The notes below the pieces were generated by a model. The model saw nothing but the letters and a program-made list of their open reading frames with translations. It made no database searches and was not told where the DNA came from. A DNA stretch of 64,000 nucleotides from Eledone cirrhosa (Eukaryota), in contig OZ024740.1 of assembly GCA_964016885.1 (NCBI GenBank), forward strand, positions 16,058,001 through 16,122,000. Direction: 5' to 3'. This document shows, piece after piece, positions 24,301 to 37,900 of the stretch (position 1 is the stretch's first letter; each line of letters starts with the position of its first letter). A program made the translations under genes and the position numbers.

Positions 24301-27300
24301 CAGGAGAGCTAGACAGCCGAAGGTCTTCAGAGAAGAAACTCTCAGGAGAGCTGGACAGCAGAAGGTCTTTTGAGATGAATCTCTCAGGAGAGCTAGACAG
24401 CAGAAGGTCTTCAGAGAAGAAACTGTCAGGAGAGCTGGACAGCAGAAGGTCTTCAGAGAAGAAGCTCTCGGGAGAGCTGGACAGCAGAAGGTCTTCAGAG
24501 AAGAAACTCTCAGGAGAGCTAGACAGCAGAAGGTCTTTAGAGAAGAAACTCTCAGGAGAGCTAGACAGCAGAAGGTCTTCAGAGAAGAAACTCTCAGGAG
24601 AGCTGGACAGCAGAAGGTCTTCAGAGAAGAAACTCTCAGGAGAGCTGGATAGGAGAAGGTCTTCAGAGAAGAAACTCTTGGGAGAGCTGGACAGCAGAAG
24701 GTCTTTAGAGAAGAAACTGTCAGGCAAGCTAGACAGCAGAAGGTCTTCAGACAAGAAACTGTCAGGAGACCTGGACAGCAGAAGGTCTTCAGAGAAGAAA
24801 CTCTCAGGAGAGCTAGACAGCAGAAGGTCTTCAGAGATGAAACTGTCAGGAGAGCTGGACAGTAGGTCTTCAGAGAAGAAACTCTCGGGAGAGCTGGACA
24901 GCAGAAGATCTTTAGAGAAGAAACTCTCAGGAGAGCTGGACAGTAGAAGGTCTTTAGAGAAGAAACTCTCAGGAGAGCTGGACAGCAGAAGCTCTTCAGA
25001 GAAGAAACTGTCAGGAGAGCTGGACAGCAGAAGGTCTTTAGAGAAGAAACTCTCAGGAGAGCTGGACAGCAGAAGGTCTTTAGAGAAGAAACTCTCAGGA
25101 GAGCTGGACAGCAGAAGGTCTTCAGAGAAGAAACTCGCAGGAAAGCTAGACAGCAGAATGTCTTCAGAGAAGAAACTCTCAGGAGAGATGGACAGCAGAA
25201 GGTCTTCAGAGAAGAAACTCTCAGGAGAGCTGGACAGCAGAAGGTCTTCAGAGAAGAAACTCTCAGGAGAGCTGGACAGCAGAATGTCTTCAGAGAAGAA
25301 ACTCTCAGGAGAGCTAGACAGCAGAATGTCTTCAGAGAAGTAACTTTCGGGAGTGCTGGACAGCAGAAGGTCTTTAGAGAAGAAACTCTCAGGAGAGCTA
25401 GACAGCAGAAGGTCTTCAGAGAAGACACTGTCAGGAGAGCTGGACAGCAGATGGTCTTCAGAAAAGAAACTCTCAGGTAGAGCTGGACAGCAGAAGGTCT
25501 TCAGAGAAGAAACTTTGAGGAGAGCTGGACAGTAGAAGGTCTTTAGAGAAGAAACTCTCAGGAGAGCTGGATAGCAGAAGGTCTTCAGAGAAGAAACTTT
25601 CGGGAGAGATGGACAGCAGAAGGTCTTTAGAGAAGAAACTCTCAGGAGAGCTAGACAGCAGAAGGTCTTCAGAGAAGAAACTCTCAGGAGAGCTGGACAG
25701 CAGAAGGTCTTTAGAGAAGAAACTCTCAGGAGAGCTGGACAGCAGAAGGTCTTCAGAGAAGAAACTCTTAGGAGAGCTGGACAGCAGAATGTCTTAAGAG
25801 AAGAAACTCTCAGGAGAGCTGGACAGCAGATGGTCTTCAGAGAAGAAACTTTGAGGAGAGCTGTACAGTAGGTCTTCAGAGAAGAAACTCTCAGGAGAGA
25901 TGGACAGCAGAAGGTCTTCAGAGAAAAAACTCTCAGGAGAGCTAGACAGCAGAAGGTCTTCAGAGGAGAAACTCTCAGGAGAGATAGACAGCAGAAGGTC
26001 TTCAGAGAAGAAACTCTCAGGAGAGCTGGATAGCAGAAGGTCTTCAGAGAAGAAACTCTTATGAGAGCTGGATAGCAGAAGGTCTTCAGAGAAGAAACTG
26101 TCAGGAAAGCTGGACAGCAGAAGCTCTTCAGAGAAGAAACTCTCAGGAGAGCTGTACAGTAGGTCTTCAGAGAAGAAACTCTCAGGAGAGCTGGACAGCA
26201 GAAGGTCTTCAGAGAAGAAACTCTCAGGAGAGCTAGACAGTAGAAGGTCTTCAGAGGAGAAACTCTCAGGAGAGATAGATAGCAGAAGGTCTTCAGAGAA
26301 GAAACTCTCAGGAGAGTTGGACAGCAGAGGGTCTTCAGAGAAGAAACTCTCAGGAGAGCTAGACAGCAGAAGGTCTTTAGAGAAGAAACTCTCAGGAGAG
26401 CTAGACAGCAGAAGGTCTTCAGAGAAGAAACTCTCAGGAGAGATGGACAGCAGAAGGTCTTCAGAGAAAAAACTCTCAGGAGAGCTAGACAGCAGAAGGT
26501 CTTCAGAGGAGAAACTCTCAGGAGAGATAGACAGCAGAAGGTCTTCAGAGAAGAAACTCTCAGGAGAGCTGGATAGCAGAAGGTCTTCAGAGAAGAAACT
26601 CTTATGAGAGCTGGATAGCAGAAGGTCTTCAGAGAAGAAACTGTCAGGAGAGCTGGACAGCAGAAGCTCTTCAGAGAAGAAACTCTCAGGAGAGCTGTAC
26701 AGTAGGTCTTCAGAGAAGAAACTCTCAGGAGAGCTGGACAGCAGAAGGTCTTCAGAGAAGAAACTCTCAGGAGAGCTAGACAGTAGAAGGTCTTCAGAGG
26801 AGAAACTCTCAGGAGAGATAGATAGCAGAAGGTCTTCAGAGAAGAAACTCTCAGGAGAGTTGGACAGCAGAAGGTCTTCAGAGAAGAAACTCTCAGGAGA
26901 GCTAGACAGCAGAAGGTCTTTAGAGAAGAAACTCTCAGGAGAGCTAGACAGCAGAAGGTCTTCAGAGAAGAAACTCTCAGGAGAGCTGGACAGCAGAAGG
27001 TCTTTAGAGATGAATCTCTCAGGAGAGCTAGACAGCAGAAGGTCTTCAGAGAAGAAACTGTCAGGAGAGCTGGACAGCAGAAGGTCTTCAGAGAAGAAGC
27101 TCTCGGGAGAGCTGGACAGCAGAAGGTCTTCAGAGAAGAAACTCTCAGGAGAGCTAGACAGCAGAAGGTCTTTAGAGAAGAAACTCTCAGGAGAGCTAGA
27201 CAGCAGAAGGTCTTCAGAGAAGAAACTCTCAGGAGAGCTGGACAGCAGAAGGTCTTCAGAGAAGAAACTCTCAGGAGAGCTGGATAGGAGAAGGTCTTCA

Positions 27301-27880
27301 GAGAAGAAACTCTTGGGAGAGCTGGACAGCAGAAGGTCTTTAGAGAAGAAACTCTCAGGCAAGCTAGACAGCAGAAGGTCTTCAGAGAAGAAACTGTCAG
27401 GAGACCTGGACAGCAGAAGGTCTTCAGAGAAGAAACTCTCAGGAGAGCTAGACAGCAGAAGGTCTTCAGAGATGAAACTGTCAGGAGAGCTGGACAGTAG
27501 GTCTTCAGAGAAGAAACTCTCGGGAGAGCTGGACAGCAGAAGATCTTTAGAGAAGAAACTCTCAGGAGAGCTGGACAGTAGAAGGTCTTTAGAGAAGAAA
27601 CTCTCAGGAGAGCTGGACAGCAGAAGCTCTTCAGAGAAGAAACTGTCAGGAGAGCTGGACAGCAGAAGGTCTTTAGAGAAGAAACTCTCAGGAGAGCTGG
27701 ACAGCAGAAGGTCTTTAGAGAAGAAACTCTCAGGAGAGCTGGACAGCAGAAGGTCTTCAGAGAAGAAACTCGCAGGAAAGCTAGACAGCAGAATGTCTTC
27801 AGAGAAGAAACTCTCAGGAGAGATGGACAGCAGAAGGTCTTCAGAGAAGAAACTCTCAGGAGAGCTGGACAGCAGAAGGT
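9050..27880. repeat. Three copies of a 5.4-6.8 kb higher-order block (starts ~9050, ~15655, ~21090)
   Basis: Matching ORF-track landmarks at 9350/15958/21393, 10867/17808/23243, 11849/18790/24225 and 12977/19834/25353. Copies 2 and 3 are offset by 5435 bp, rising to 5519 after two extra monomers. Confidence 0.9.
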
Positions 27881-30280
27881 CTTCAGAGAAGAAACTCTCA
27901 GGAGAGCTGGACAGCAGAATGTCTTCAGAGAAGAAACTCTCAGGAGAGCTAGACAGCAGAATGTCTTCAGAGAAGTAACTTTCGGGAGTGCTGGACAGCA
28001 GAAGGTCTTTAGAGAAGAAACTCTCAGGAGAGCTAGACAGCAGAAGGTCTTCAGAGAAGACACTGTCAGGAGAGCTGGACAGCAGATGGTCTTCAGAAAA
28101 GAAACTCTCAGGTAGAGCTGGACAGCAGAAGGTCTTCAGAGAAGAAACTTTGAGGAGAGCTGGACAGTAGAAGGTCTTTAGAGAAGAAACTCTCAGGAGA
28201 GCTGGATAGCAGAAGGTCTTCAGAGAAGAAACTTTCGGGAGAGATGGACAGCAGAAGGTCTTTAGAGAAGAAACTCTCAGGAGAGCTAGACAGCAGAAGG
28301 TCTTCAGAGAAGAAACTCTCAGGAGAGCTGGACAGCAGAAGCTCTTTAGAGAAGAAACTCTCAGGAGAGCTGGACAGCAGAAGGTCTTCAGAGAAGAAAC
28401 TGTCAGGAGAGCTGGACAGCAGAAGGTCTTCAGAGAAGAAACTCTTAGGAGAGCTGGACAGCAGAATGTCTTAAGAGAAGAAACTCTCAGGAGAGCTGGA
28501 CAGCAGATGGTCTTCAGAGAAGAAACTTTGAGGAGAGCTGTACAGTAGGTCTTCAGAGAAGAAACTCTCAGGAGAGATGGACAGCAGAAGGTCTTCAGAG
28601 AAAAAACTCTCAGGAGAGCTAGACAGCAGAAGGTCTTCAGAGGAGAAACTCTCAGGAGAGATAGACAGCAGAAGGTCTTCAGAGAAGAAACTCTCAGGAG
28701 AGCTGGATAGCAGAAGGTCTTCAGAGAAGAAACTCTTATGAGAGCTGGATAGCAGAAGGTCTTCAGAGAAGAAACTGTCAGGAAAGCTGGACAGCAGAAG
28801 CTCTTCAGAGAAGAAACTCTCAGGAGAGCTGTACAGTAGGTCTTCAGAGAAGAAACTCTCAGGAGAGCTGGACAGCAGAAGGTCTTCAGAGAAGAAACTC
28901 TCAGGGGAGCTAGACAGTAGAAGGTCTTCAGAGGAGAAACTCTCAGGAGAGATAGATAGCAGAAGGTCTTCAGAGAAGAAACTCTCAGGAGAGTTGGACA
29001 GCAGAGGGTCTTCAGAGAAGAAACTCTCAGGAGAGCTAGACAGCAGAAGGTCTTTAGAGAAGAAACTCTCAGGAGAGCTAGACAGCAGAAGGTCTTCAGA
29101 GAAGAAACTCTCAGGAGAGCTGGACAGCAGAAGGTCTTTAGAGATGAATCTCTCAGGAGAGCTAGACAGCAGAAGGTCTTCAGAGAAGAAACTGTCAGGA
29201 GAGCTGGACAGCAGAAGGTCTTCAGAGAAGAAGCTCTCGGGAGAGCTGGACAGCAGAAGGTCTTCAGAGAAGAAACTCTCAGGAGAGCTAGACAGCAGAA
29301 GGTCTTTAGAGAAGAAACTCTCAGGAGAGCTAGACAGCAGAAGGTCTTCAGAGAAGAAACTCTCAGGAGAGCTGGACAGCAGAAGGTCTTCAGAGAATGA
29401 ACTCTCAGGAGAGCTGGATAGGAGAAGGTCTTCAGAGAAGAAACTCTTGGGAGAGCTGGACAGCAGAAGGTCTTTAGAGAAGAAACTGTCAGGCAAGCTA
29501 GACAGCAGAAGGTCTTCAGACAAGAAACTGTCAGGAGACCTGGACAGCAGAAGGTCTTCAGAGAAGAAACTCTCAGGAGAGCTAGACAGCAGAAGGTCTT
29601 CAGAGATGAAACTGTCAGGAGAGCTGGACAGTAGGTCTTCAGAGAAGAAACTCTCGGAAGAGCTGGACAGCAGAAGATCTTTAGAGAAGAAACTCTCAGG
29701 AGAGCTGGACAGTAGAAGGTCTTTAGAGAAGAAACTCTCAGGAGAGCTGGACAGCAGAAGCTCTTCAGAGAAGAAACTGTCAGGAGAGCTGGACAGCAGA
29801 AGGTCTTTAGAGAAGAAACTCTCAGGAGAGCTGGACAGCAGAAGGTCTTCAGAGAAGAAACTCGCAGGAAAGCTAGACAGCAGAATGTCTTCAGAGAAGA
29901 AACTCTCAGGAGAGATGGACAGCAGAAGGTCTTCAGAGAAGAAACTCTCAGGAGAGCTGGACAGCAGAAGGTCTTGAGAGAAGAAACTCTCAGGAGAGCT
30001 GGACAGCAGAATGTCTTCAGAGAAGAAACTCTCAGGAGAGCTAGACAGCAGAATGTCTTCAGAGAAGTAACTTTCGGGAGTGCTGGACAGCAGAAGGTCT
30101 TTAGAGAAGAAACTCTCAGGAGAGCTAGACAGCAGAAGGTCTTCAGAGAAGACACTGTCAGGAGAGCTGGACAGCAGATGGTCTTCAGAAAAGAAACTCT
30201 CAGGTAGAGCTGGACAGCAGAAGGTCTTCAGAGAAGAAACTTTGAGGAGAGCTGGACAGTAGAAGGTCTTTAGAGAAGAA
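11100..30280. repeat. Inner ~2.1-2.8 kb higher-order unit nested in and continuing past the larger blocks
   Basis: The marker gaatgtcttaagag occurs near 11325, 13460, 18266, 20275, 23701, 25794 and 28471. Matching ORFs lie at 24225/26860/28994 (offsets 2635, 2134) and 25353/27988/30080. Confidence 0.8.
13555..14790. repeat. Local tandem duplication of ~627 bp (15 monomers, one 39-bp); a 543-bp equivalent lies at ~25890-26980
   Basis: Same variant order at offset 627 (ORF starts 13983/14610) and offset 543 (26317/26860). Confidence 0.8.
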
Positions 30281-31944
30281 ACTCTCAGGAGAGCTGGACA
30301 GTAGAAGGTCTTTAGAGAAGAAACTCTCAGGAGAGCTGGACAGCAGAAGCTCTTCAGAGAAGAAACTGTCAGGAGAGCTGGACAGCAGAAGGTCTTTAGA
30401 GAAGAAACTCTCAGGAGAGCTGGACAGCAGAAGGTCTTCAGAGAAGAAACTCTAGGGAGAGCTGGACAGCAGAAGGTCTTCAGAGAAGAAACTGTCAGGA
30501 GAGCTGGACAGTAGGTCTTCAGAGAAGAAACTCTCGGGAGAGCTGGACAGCAGAAGGTCTTTAGAGAAGAAACTCTCAGGAGAGCTGGACAGTAGAAGGT
30601 CTTTAGAGAAGAAACTCTCAGGAGAGCTAGACAGCAGAAGGTCTTCCGAGAAGAAACTCTCAGGAGAGCTAGACAGCAGAAGGTCTTCAGAGAAGAAACT
30701 CTAGGGAGAGCTGGACAGCAGAAGGTCTTCAGAGAAGAAACTCAGGAGAGCTAGACAGCAGAATGTCTTCAGAGAAGAAACTCTCGGGAGTGCTGGACAG
30801 CAGAAGGTCTTTAGAAAAGAAACTCTCAGGAGAGCTGGACAGAAGAAGGTCTTCAGAGAAGAAACTCTCAGGAGAGCTGGACAGCAGAAGGTCTTTAGAG
30901 AAGAAACTCTCAGGAGAGCTGGACAGCAGAAGGTCTTCAGAGAAGAAACTGTCAGGAGAGCTGGACAGCAGAAGGTCTTCAGAGAAGAAACTCTCAGGAG
31001 AGCTGGACAGCAGAATATCTTCAGAGAAGAAACTCTCAGGAGAGCTAGACAGCAGAATGTCTTCAGAGAAGTAACTTTCGGGAGTGCTGGACAGCAGAAG
31101 GTCTTTAGAGAAGAAACTCTCAGGAGAGCTAGACAGCAGAAGGTCTTCAGAGAAGACACTGTCAGGAGAGCTGGACAGCAGATGGTCTTCAGAAAAGAAA
31201 CTCTCAGGTAGAGCTGGACAGCGGAAGGTCTACAGAGAAGAAACTTTGAGGAGAGCTGGACAGCAGAAGGTCTTCAGAGAAGAAACTCTCAGGAGAGCTG
31301 TACAGTAGGTCTTCAGAGAAGAAACTCTCAGGAGATATGGACAGCAGAAGGTCTTCAGAGAAAAAACTCTCAGGAGAGCTAGACAGCAGAAGGTCTTCAG
31401 AGGAGAAACTCTCAGGAGAGATAGACAGCAGAAGGTCTTCAGAGAAGAAACTCTCAGGAGAGCTGGATAGCAGAAGGTATTCAGAGAAGAAACTCTTATG
31501 AGAGCTGGATAGCAGAAGGTCTTCAGAGAAGAAACTGTCAGGAGAGCTGGACAGCAGAAGGTCTTCAGAGAAGAAACTCTCAGGAGAGCTAGACAGCAGA
31601 AGGTCTTCAGAGAAGATACTCTCACGAGATCTGGATAGCAGAAGGTCTTCAGAGAAGAAACTCTCAGGAGAGCTGGACAGCAGAAGGTCTTCAGAGAAGA
31701 AACTCTCAGGAGAGCTGGACAGCAGAAGGTCTTTAGAGGAGAAACTCTCAGGAGAGCTAGACAGCAGAAGGTCTTCAGTGAAGAAACTCTCCGGAGAGCT
31801 GGACAGCAGAAGGTCTTCAGAGAAGAAACTCTGAGGAGTGCTGGACAGCAGAAGGTCTTCAGAGAAGAAACTCTGAGAAGAGTTGTACAGTAGGTTTTCA
31901 GAGAAGAAACTCTCAGGAGAGCTGAACAGCAGAGGGTCTTCTGA

Positions 31945-34900
31945 GAAGAAACTCTCACGAGAGCTGGACAACAGAAGGTCTTCAGAGAAGAAGCTCTCGG
32001 GAGAGCTGTACAGCAGAAGGTCGTCAGAGAAGAAACTCTCAGGAGAGCTGGACAGCAGAAGGTCTTCAGAGAAGAAACTGTCAGGACAGCTGGACAGCGG
32101 AAGGTCTTTAGAGAAGAAACTCTCAGGAGAGCTGAACAGCAGAAGGTCTTCAGAGAAGAAACTCTCGGGAGAGCGGGACAGCAGGTCTTTAGAGAAGAAA
32201 CTCTCAGGAGATCTAGACAGCAGAAGGTGTCCAGAGAAGAAACTGTTATGAGAGCTGGACAGCAGAAGGTCTTTAGAGAAGAAACTGTCAGGAGAGCTGG
32301 ACAGCAGAAGGTCTTCAGAGAAGAAACTCTCAGGAGAGCTAGACAGCAGAAGGTCTTCAGAGAAGAAACTCTAGGGAGAGCTGGACAGCAGAAGGTCTTC
32401 AGAGAAGAAACTCAGGAGAGCTAGACAGCAGAATGTCTTCAGAGAAGAAACTCTCGGGAGTGCTGGACAGCAGAAGGTCTTTAGAAAAGAAACTCTCAGG
32501 AGAGCTGGACAGAAGAAGGTCTTCAGAGAAGAAACTCTCAGGAGAGCTGGACAGCAGAAGGTCTTCAGAAAAGAATCTCTCATGAGAGCTGGACAGCAGA
32601 AGGTCTTCAGAGAAGAAACTCTCAGGAGAGCTAGACAGCAGAAGGTCTTCAGAGAAGAAACTCTAGGGAGAGCTGGACAGCAGAAGGTCTTCAGAGAAGA
32701 AACTCAGGAGAGCTAGACAGCAGAATGTCTTCAGAGAAGAAACTCTCGGGAGTGCTGGACAGCAGAAGGTCTTTAGAGAAGAAACTCTCAGGAGAGCCAG
32801 ACAGCAGAAGGTCTTCAGAAAAGAAACTCTCAGGAGAGATGGACAGCAGAAGGTCTTCTGAGAAGAAACTCTCAGGAGAGCTAGACAGCAGAAGGTCTTC
32901 AGAGAAGAAACTCTCAGGAGAGCTAGACAGCAGAATGTCTTCAGAGAAGAAACTCTAGGGAGAGCTGGACAGCAGAAGGTTTCAGAGAAGAAACTCAGGA
33001 GAGCTAGACAGCAGAATGTCTTCAGAGAAGAAACTCTCGATAGTGCTGGACAGCAGAAGGTTTTTAGAGAAGAAACTCTGAGGAGAGCCAGACAGCAGAA
33101 GGTATTCAGAGAAGAAACTCTCAGGAGAGATGGACAGCAGAAGGTCTTCAGAGAAGAAGCTCTCGGGAGAGTCGGACAGCAGAAGGTATTCAGAGAAGAA
33201 ACTCTCAGGAGAGCTAGACAGCAGAAGGTCTTTAGAGAAGAAACTCTCAGGAGAGCTGGACAGCAGAAGGTCTTCAGAGAAGAAACTCTCAGGAGAGCTA
33301 GACAGCAGAAGGTCTTCAGAGAAGAAACTCTCAGGAGAGATGGATAGCAGAAGGTCTTTAGAGAAGAAACTTTCGGGAGAGCTGGACAGCAGAAGGTCTT
33401 TAGAAAAGAAACTCTCAGGAGAGCTGGACAGCAGAAGGTCTTCAGAGAAGAAACTCTCAGGAGAGCTGGACAGCAGAAGGTCTTCAGAGAAGAAACTCTC
33501 ACGAGAGCTGGACAGCAGAAGGTCTTCAGAGAAGAAACTGTCAGGAGAGCTGGACAGCAGAAGGTCTTCAGAGAAGAAACTCTCAGGAGAGCTGGACAGC
33601 AGAAGGTCTTCAGAGAAGAAACTGTCAGGAGAGCTGGACAGCAGAAGGTCTTCAGGGAAGAAACTCTCAGGAGAGCTAGACAGCAGAATGTCTTCAGAGA
33701 AGTAACTTTCGGGAGTGCTGGACAGCAGAAGGTCTTTAGAGAAGAAACTCTCAGGAGAGCTAGACAGCAGGTCTTCAGAGAAGACACTGTCAGGAGAGCT
33801 GGACAGCAGATGGTCTTCAGAGAAGAAACTCTCAGGCGAGCTGGACAGCAGAAGGTCTTCAGAGAAGAAACTCTGAGGAGAGCTGGACAGCAGAAGGTCT
33901 TCAGAGAAGAAACTCTCAGGAGAGCTGTACAGTAGGTCTTCAGAGAAGAAACTCTCGGGAGAGCTGGACAGCAGAAGGTCTTTAGAGAAGAAACTCTCAG
34001 GAGAGCTGTACAGTAGGTCTTCAGAGAAGAAACTCTCAGGAGAGCTGGACAGCAGAAGGTCTTCAGAGAAGAAACTTTCAGGAGAGATAGATAGCAGAAG
34101 GTCCTCAGAGAAGAAACTCTACGGAGAGTTGGACAGCAGAAGGTCTTCAGAGAAGAAACTCTCAGGAGAGCTGGACAGGAGAAGATCTTCAGAGAAGAAA
34201 CTCTTATGAGAGCTGTATAGCAGAAGGTCTTCAGAGAAGAAACTCTCGGGAGAGCTGGACAGCAGAAGGTCTTTAGAGAAGAATCTCTCAGGAGAGCTAG
34301 ACAGCAGAAGGTCTTCAGAGAAGAAACTGTCAGGAGAGCTGGACAGCAGAAGGTCTTCGGAGAAGAAGCTCTCGGGAGAGCTGTACAGCAGAAGGTCTTC
34401 AGAGAAGAAACTCTCAGGAGAGCTAGACAGCAGAAGGTCTTTAGAGAAGAAACTCTCAGGAGAGCTAGACAGCAGAAGGTCTTCAGAGAAGAAACTCTCA
34501 GGAGAGCTGGACAGCAGAAGGTCTTCAGAGAATAAACTCTCAGGAGAGCTGGATAGGAGAAGGTCTTCAGAGAAGAAACTCTTGGGAGAGCTGGACAGCA
34601 GAAGGTCTTTAGAGAAGAAACTGTCAGGCGAGCTAGACAGCAGAAGGTCTTCAGAGAAGAAACTGTCAGGAGACCTGGACAGCAGAAGGTCTTCAGAGAA
34701 GAAACTCTCAGGAGAGCTAGACAGCAGAAGGTCTTCAGAGATGAAACTGTCAGGAGAGCTGGACAGTAGGTCTTCAGAGAAGAAACTCTCGGGAGAGCTG
34801 GACAGCAGAAGGTCTTTAGAGAAGAAACTCTCAGGTGAGCTGGACAGTAGAAGGTCTTTAGAAAAGAAACTCTCAGGAGAGCTGGACAGCAGAAGCTCTT

Positions 34901-37900
34901 CAGAGAAGAAACTGACAGGAGAGCTGGACAGCAGAAGGTCTTTAGAGAAGAAACTCTCAGGAGAGCTGGACAGCAGAAGGTCTTCAGTAAAAAAACTGTC
35001 ATGAGAGCTGGACAGCAGAAGGTCCTCAGAGAAGAAACTCTCACGCGAGCTGGACATCAGAAGGTCTTCTGAGAAGAAGCTCTCGGGAGAGCTGGACAGC
35101 AGAAGGTCTTCAGAGAAGAAACTCGCAGGAGAGCTAGACAGCAGAATGTCTTCAGAGAAGAAACTCTCAGGAGAGATGGACAGCAGAAGGTCTTCAGAGA
35201 AGAAACTCTCAGGAGAGCTGGATAGCAGAAGGTCTTCAGAGAAGAAACTTTCGGGAGAGCTGGACAGCAGAAGGTCTTTAGAGAAGAAACTCTCAGCAGA
35301 GCTAGACAGCAGAAGGTCTTCAGAGAAGAAACTCTCAGGAGAGCTGGACAGCAGAAGGTCTTTAGAGAAGAAACTCTCAGGAGAGCTGGACAGCAGAATG
35401 TCTTCAGAGAAGAAACTCTCAGGAGAGCTATACAGCAGAATGTCTTCAGAGAAGTAACATTCGGGAGTGCTGGACAGCAGAAGGTCTTCAGAGAAGAAAC
35501 TCTCCGGAGAGCTGGACAGCAGAAGGTCTTCAGAGAAGAAACTCTGAGGAGAGCTGGACAGCAGAAGGTCTTCAGAGAAGAAACTCTGAGAAGAGTTGTA
35601 CAGTAGGTTTTCAGAGAAGAAACTCTAAGGAGAGCTGGACAGCAGAAGGTCTTTAGAGAAGAAACTCTCAGGAGAGCTGGACAGCAGAAGGTCTTCAGAG
35701 AAGAAACTGTCAGGAGAGCTGCACAGCAGAAGGTCTTTAAAGAAGAAACTCTCAGGAGAGCTGGACAGCAGAAGGTCTTCAGAAAAGAAACTCTCAGGAG
35801 AGCTAGACAGCAGAATGTCTTCAGAGAAGAAACTCTCACGAGAGCTGGACAACAGAAGGTCTTCAGAGAAGAAGCTCTCGGGAGAGCTGTACAGCAGAAG
35901 GTCGTCAGAGAAGAAACTCTCAGGAGAGCTGGACAGCAGAAGGTCTTCAGAGAAGAAACTGTCAGGACAGCTGGACAGCGGAAGGTCTTTAGAGAAGAAA
36001 CTCTCAGGAGAGCTGAACAGCAGAAGGTCTTCAGAGAAGAAACTCTCGGGAGAGCGGGACAGCAGGTCTTTAGAGAAGAAACTCTCAGGAGATCTAGACA
36101 GCAGAAGGTGTCCAGAGAAGAAACTGTTATGAGAGCTGGACAGCAGAAGGTCTTTAGAGAAGAAACTGTCAGGAGAGCTGGACAGCAGAAGGTCTTCAGA
36201 GAAGAAACTCTCAGGAGAGCTAGACAGCAGAAGGTCTTCAGAGAAGAAACTCTAGGGAGAGCTGGACAGCAGAAGGTCTTCAGAGAAGAAACTCAGGAGA
36301 GCTAGACAGCAGAATGTCTTCAGAGAAGAAACTCTCGGGAGTGCTGGACAGCAGAAGGTCTTTAGAAAAGAAACTCTCAGGAGAGCTGGACAGAAGAAGG
36401 TCTTCAGAGAAGAAACTCTCAGGAGAGCTGGACAGCAGAAGGTCTTCAGAAAAGAATCTCTCATGAGAGCTGGACAGCAGAAGGTCTTCAGAGAAGAAAC
36501 TCTCAGGAGAGCTAGACAGCAGAAGGTCTTGAGAGAAGAAACTCTAGGGAGAGCTGGACAGCAGAAGGTTTTCAGAGAAGAAACTCAGGAGAGCTAGACA
36601 GCAGAATGTCTTCAGAGAAGAAACTCTCGGGAGTGCTGGACAGCAGAAGGTCTTTAGAGAAGAAACTCTCAGGAGAGCCAGACAGCAGAAGGTCTTCAGA
36701 AAAGAAACTCTCAGGAGAGATGGACAGCAGAAGTCTTCTGAGAAGAAACTCTCAGGAGAGCTAGACAGCAGAAGGTCTTCAGAGAAGAAACTCTCAGGAG
36801 AGCTAGACAGCAGAATGTCTTCAGAGAAGAAACTCTAGGGAGAGCTGGACAGCAGAAGGTTTCAGAGAAGAAACTCAGGAGAGCTAGACAGCAGAATGTC
36901 TTCAGAGAAGAAACTCTCGGGAGTGCTGGACAGCAGAAGGTTTTTAGAGAAGAAACTCTGAGGAGAGCCAGACAGCAGAAGGTATTCAGAGAAGAAACTT
37001 TCAGGAGAGATGGACAGCAGAAGGTCTTCAGAGAAGAAGCTCTCGGGAGAGTCGGACAGCAGAAGGTCTTCAGAGAAGAAACTCTCAGGAGAGCTAGACA
37101 GCAGAAGGTCTTTAGAGAAGAAACTCTCAGGAGAGCTGGACAGCAGAAGGTCTTCAGAGAAGAAACTCTCAGGAGAGCTAGACAGCAGAAGGTCTTCAGA
37201 GAAGAAACTCTCAGGAGAGATGGATAGCAGAAGGTCTTTAGAGAAGAAACTTTCGGGAGAGCTGGACAGCAGAAGGTCTTTAGAAAAGAAACTCTCAGGA
37301 GAGCTGGACAGCAGAAGGTCTTCAGAGAAGAAACTCTCACGAGAGCTGGACAGCAGAAGGTCTTCAGAGAAGAAACTGTCAGGAGAGCTGGACAGCAGAA
37401 GGTCTTCAGAGAAGAAACTCTCAGGAGAGCTGGACAGCAGAAGGTCTTCAGAGAAGAAACTGTCAGGAGAGCTGGACAGCAGAAGGTCTTCAGGGAAGAA
37501 ACTCTCAGGAGAGCTAGACAGCAGAATGTCTTCAGAGAAGTAACTTTCGGGAGTGCTGGACAGCAGAAGGTCTTTAGAGAAGAAACTCTCAGGAGAGCTA
37601 GACAGCAGGTCTTCAGAGAAGACACTGTTAGGAGAGCTGGACAGCAGATGGTCTTCAGAGAAGAAACTCTCAGGCGAGCTGGACAGCAGAAGGTCTTCAG
37701 AGAAGAAACTCTGAGGAGAGCTGGACAGCAGAAGGTCTTCAGAGAAGAAACTCTCAGGAGAGCTGTACAGTAGGTCTTCAGAGAAGAAACTCTCGGGAGA
37801 GCTGGACAGCAGAAGGTCTTTAGAGAAGAAACTCTCAGGAGAGCTGTACAGTAGGTCTTCAGAGAAGAAACTCTCAGGAGAGCTGGACAGCAGAAGGTCT

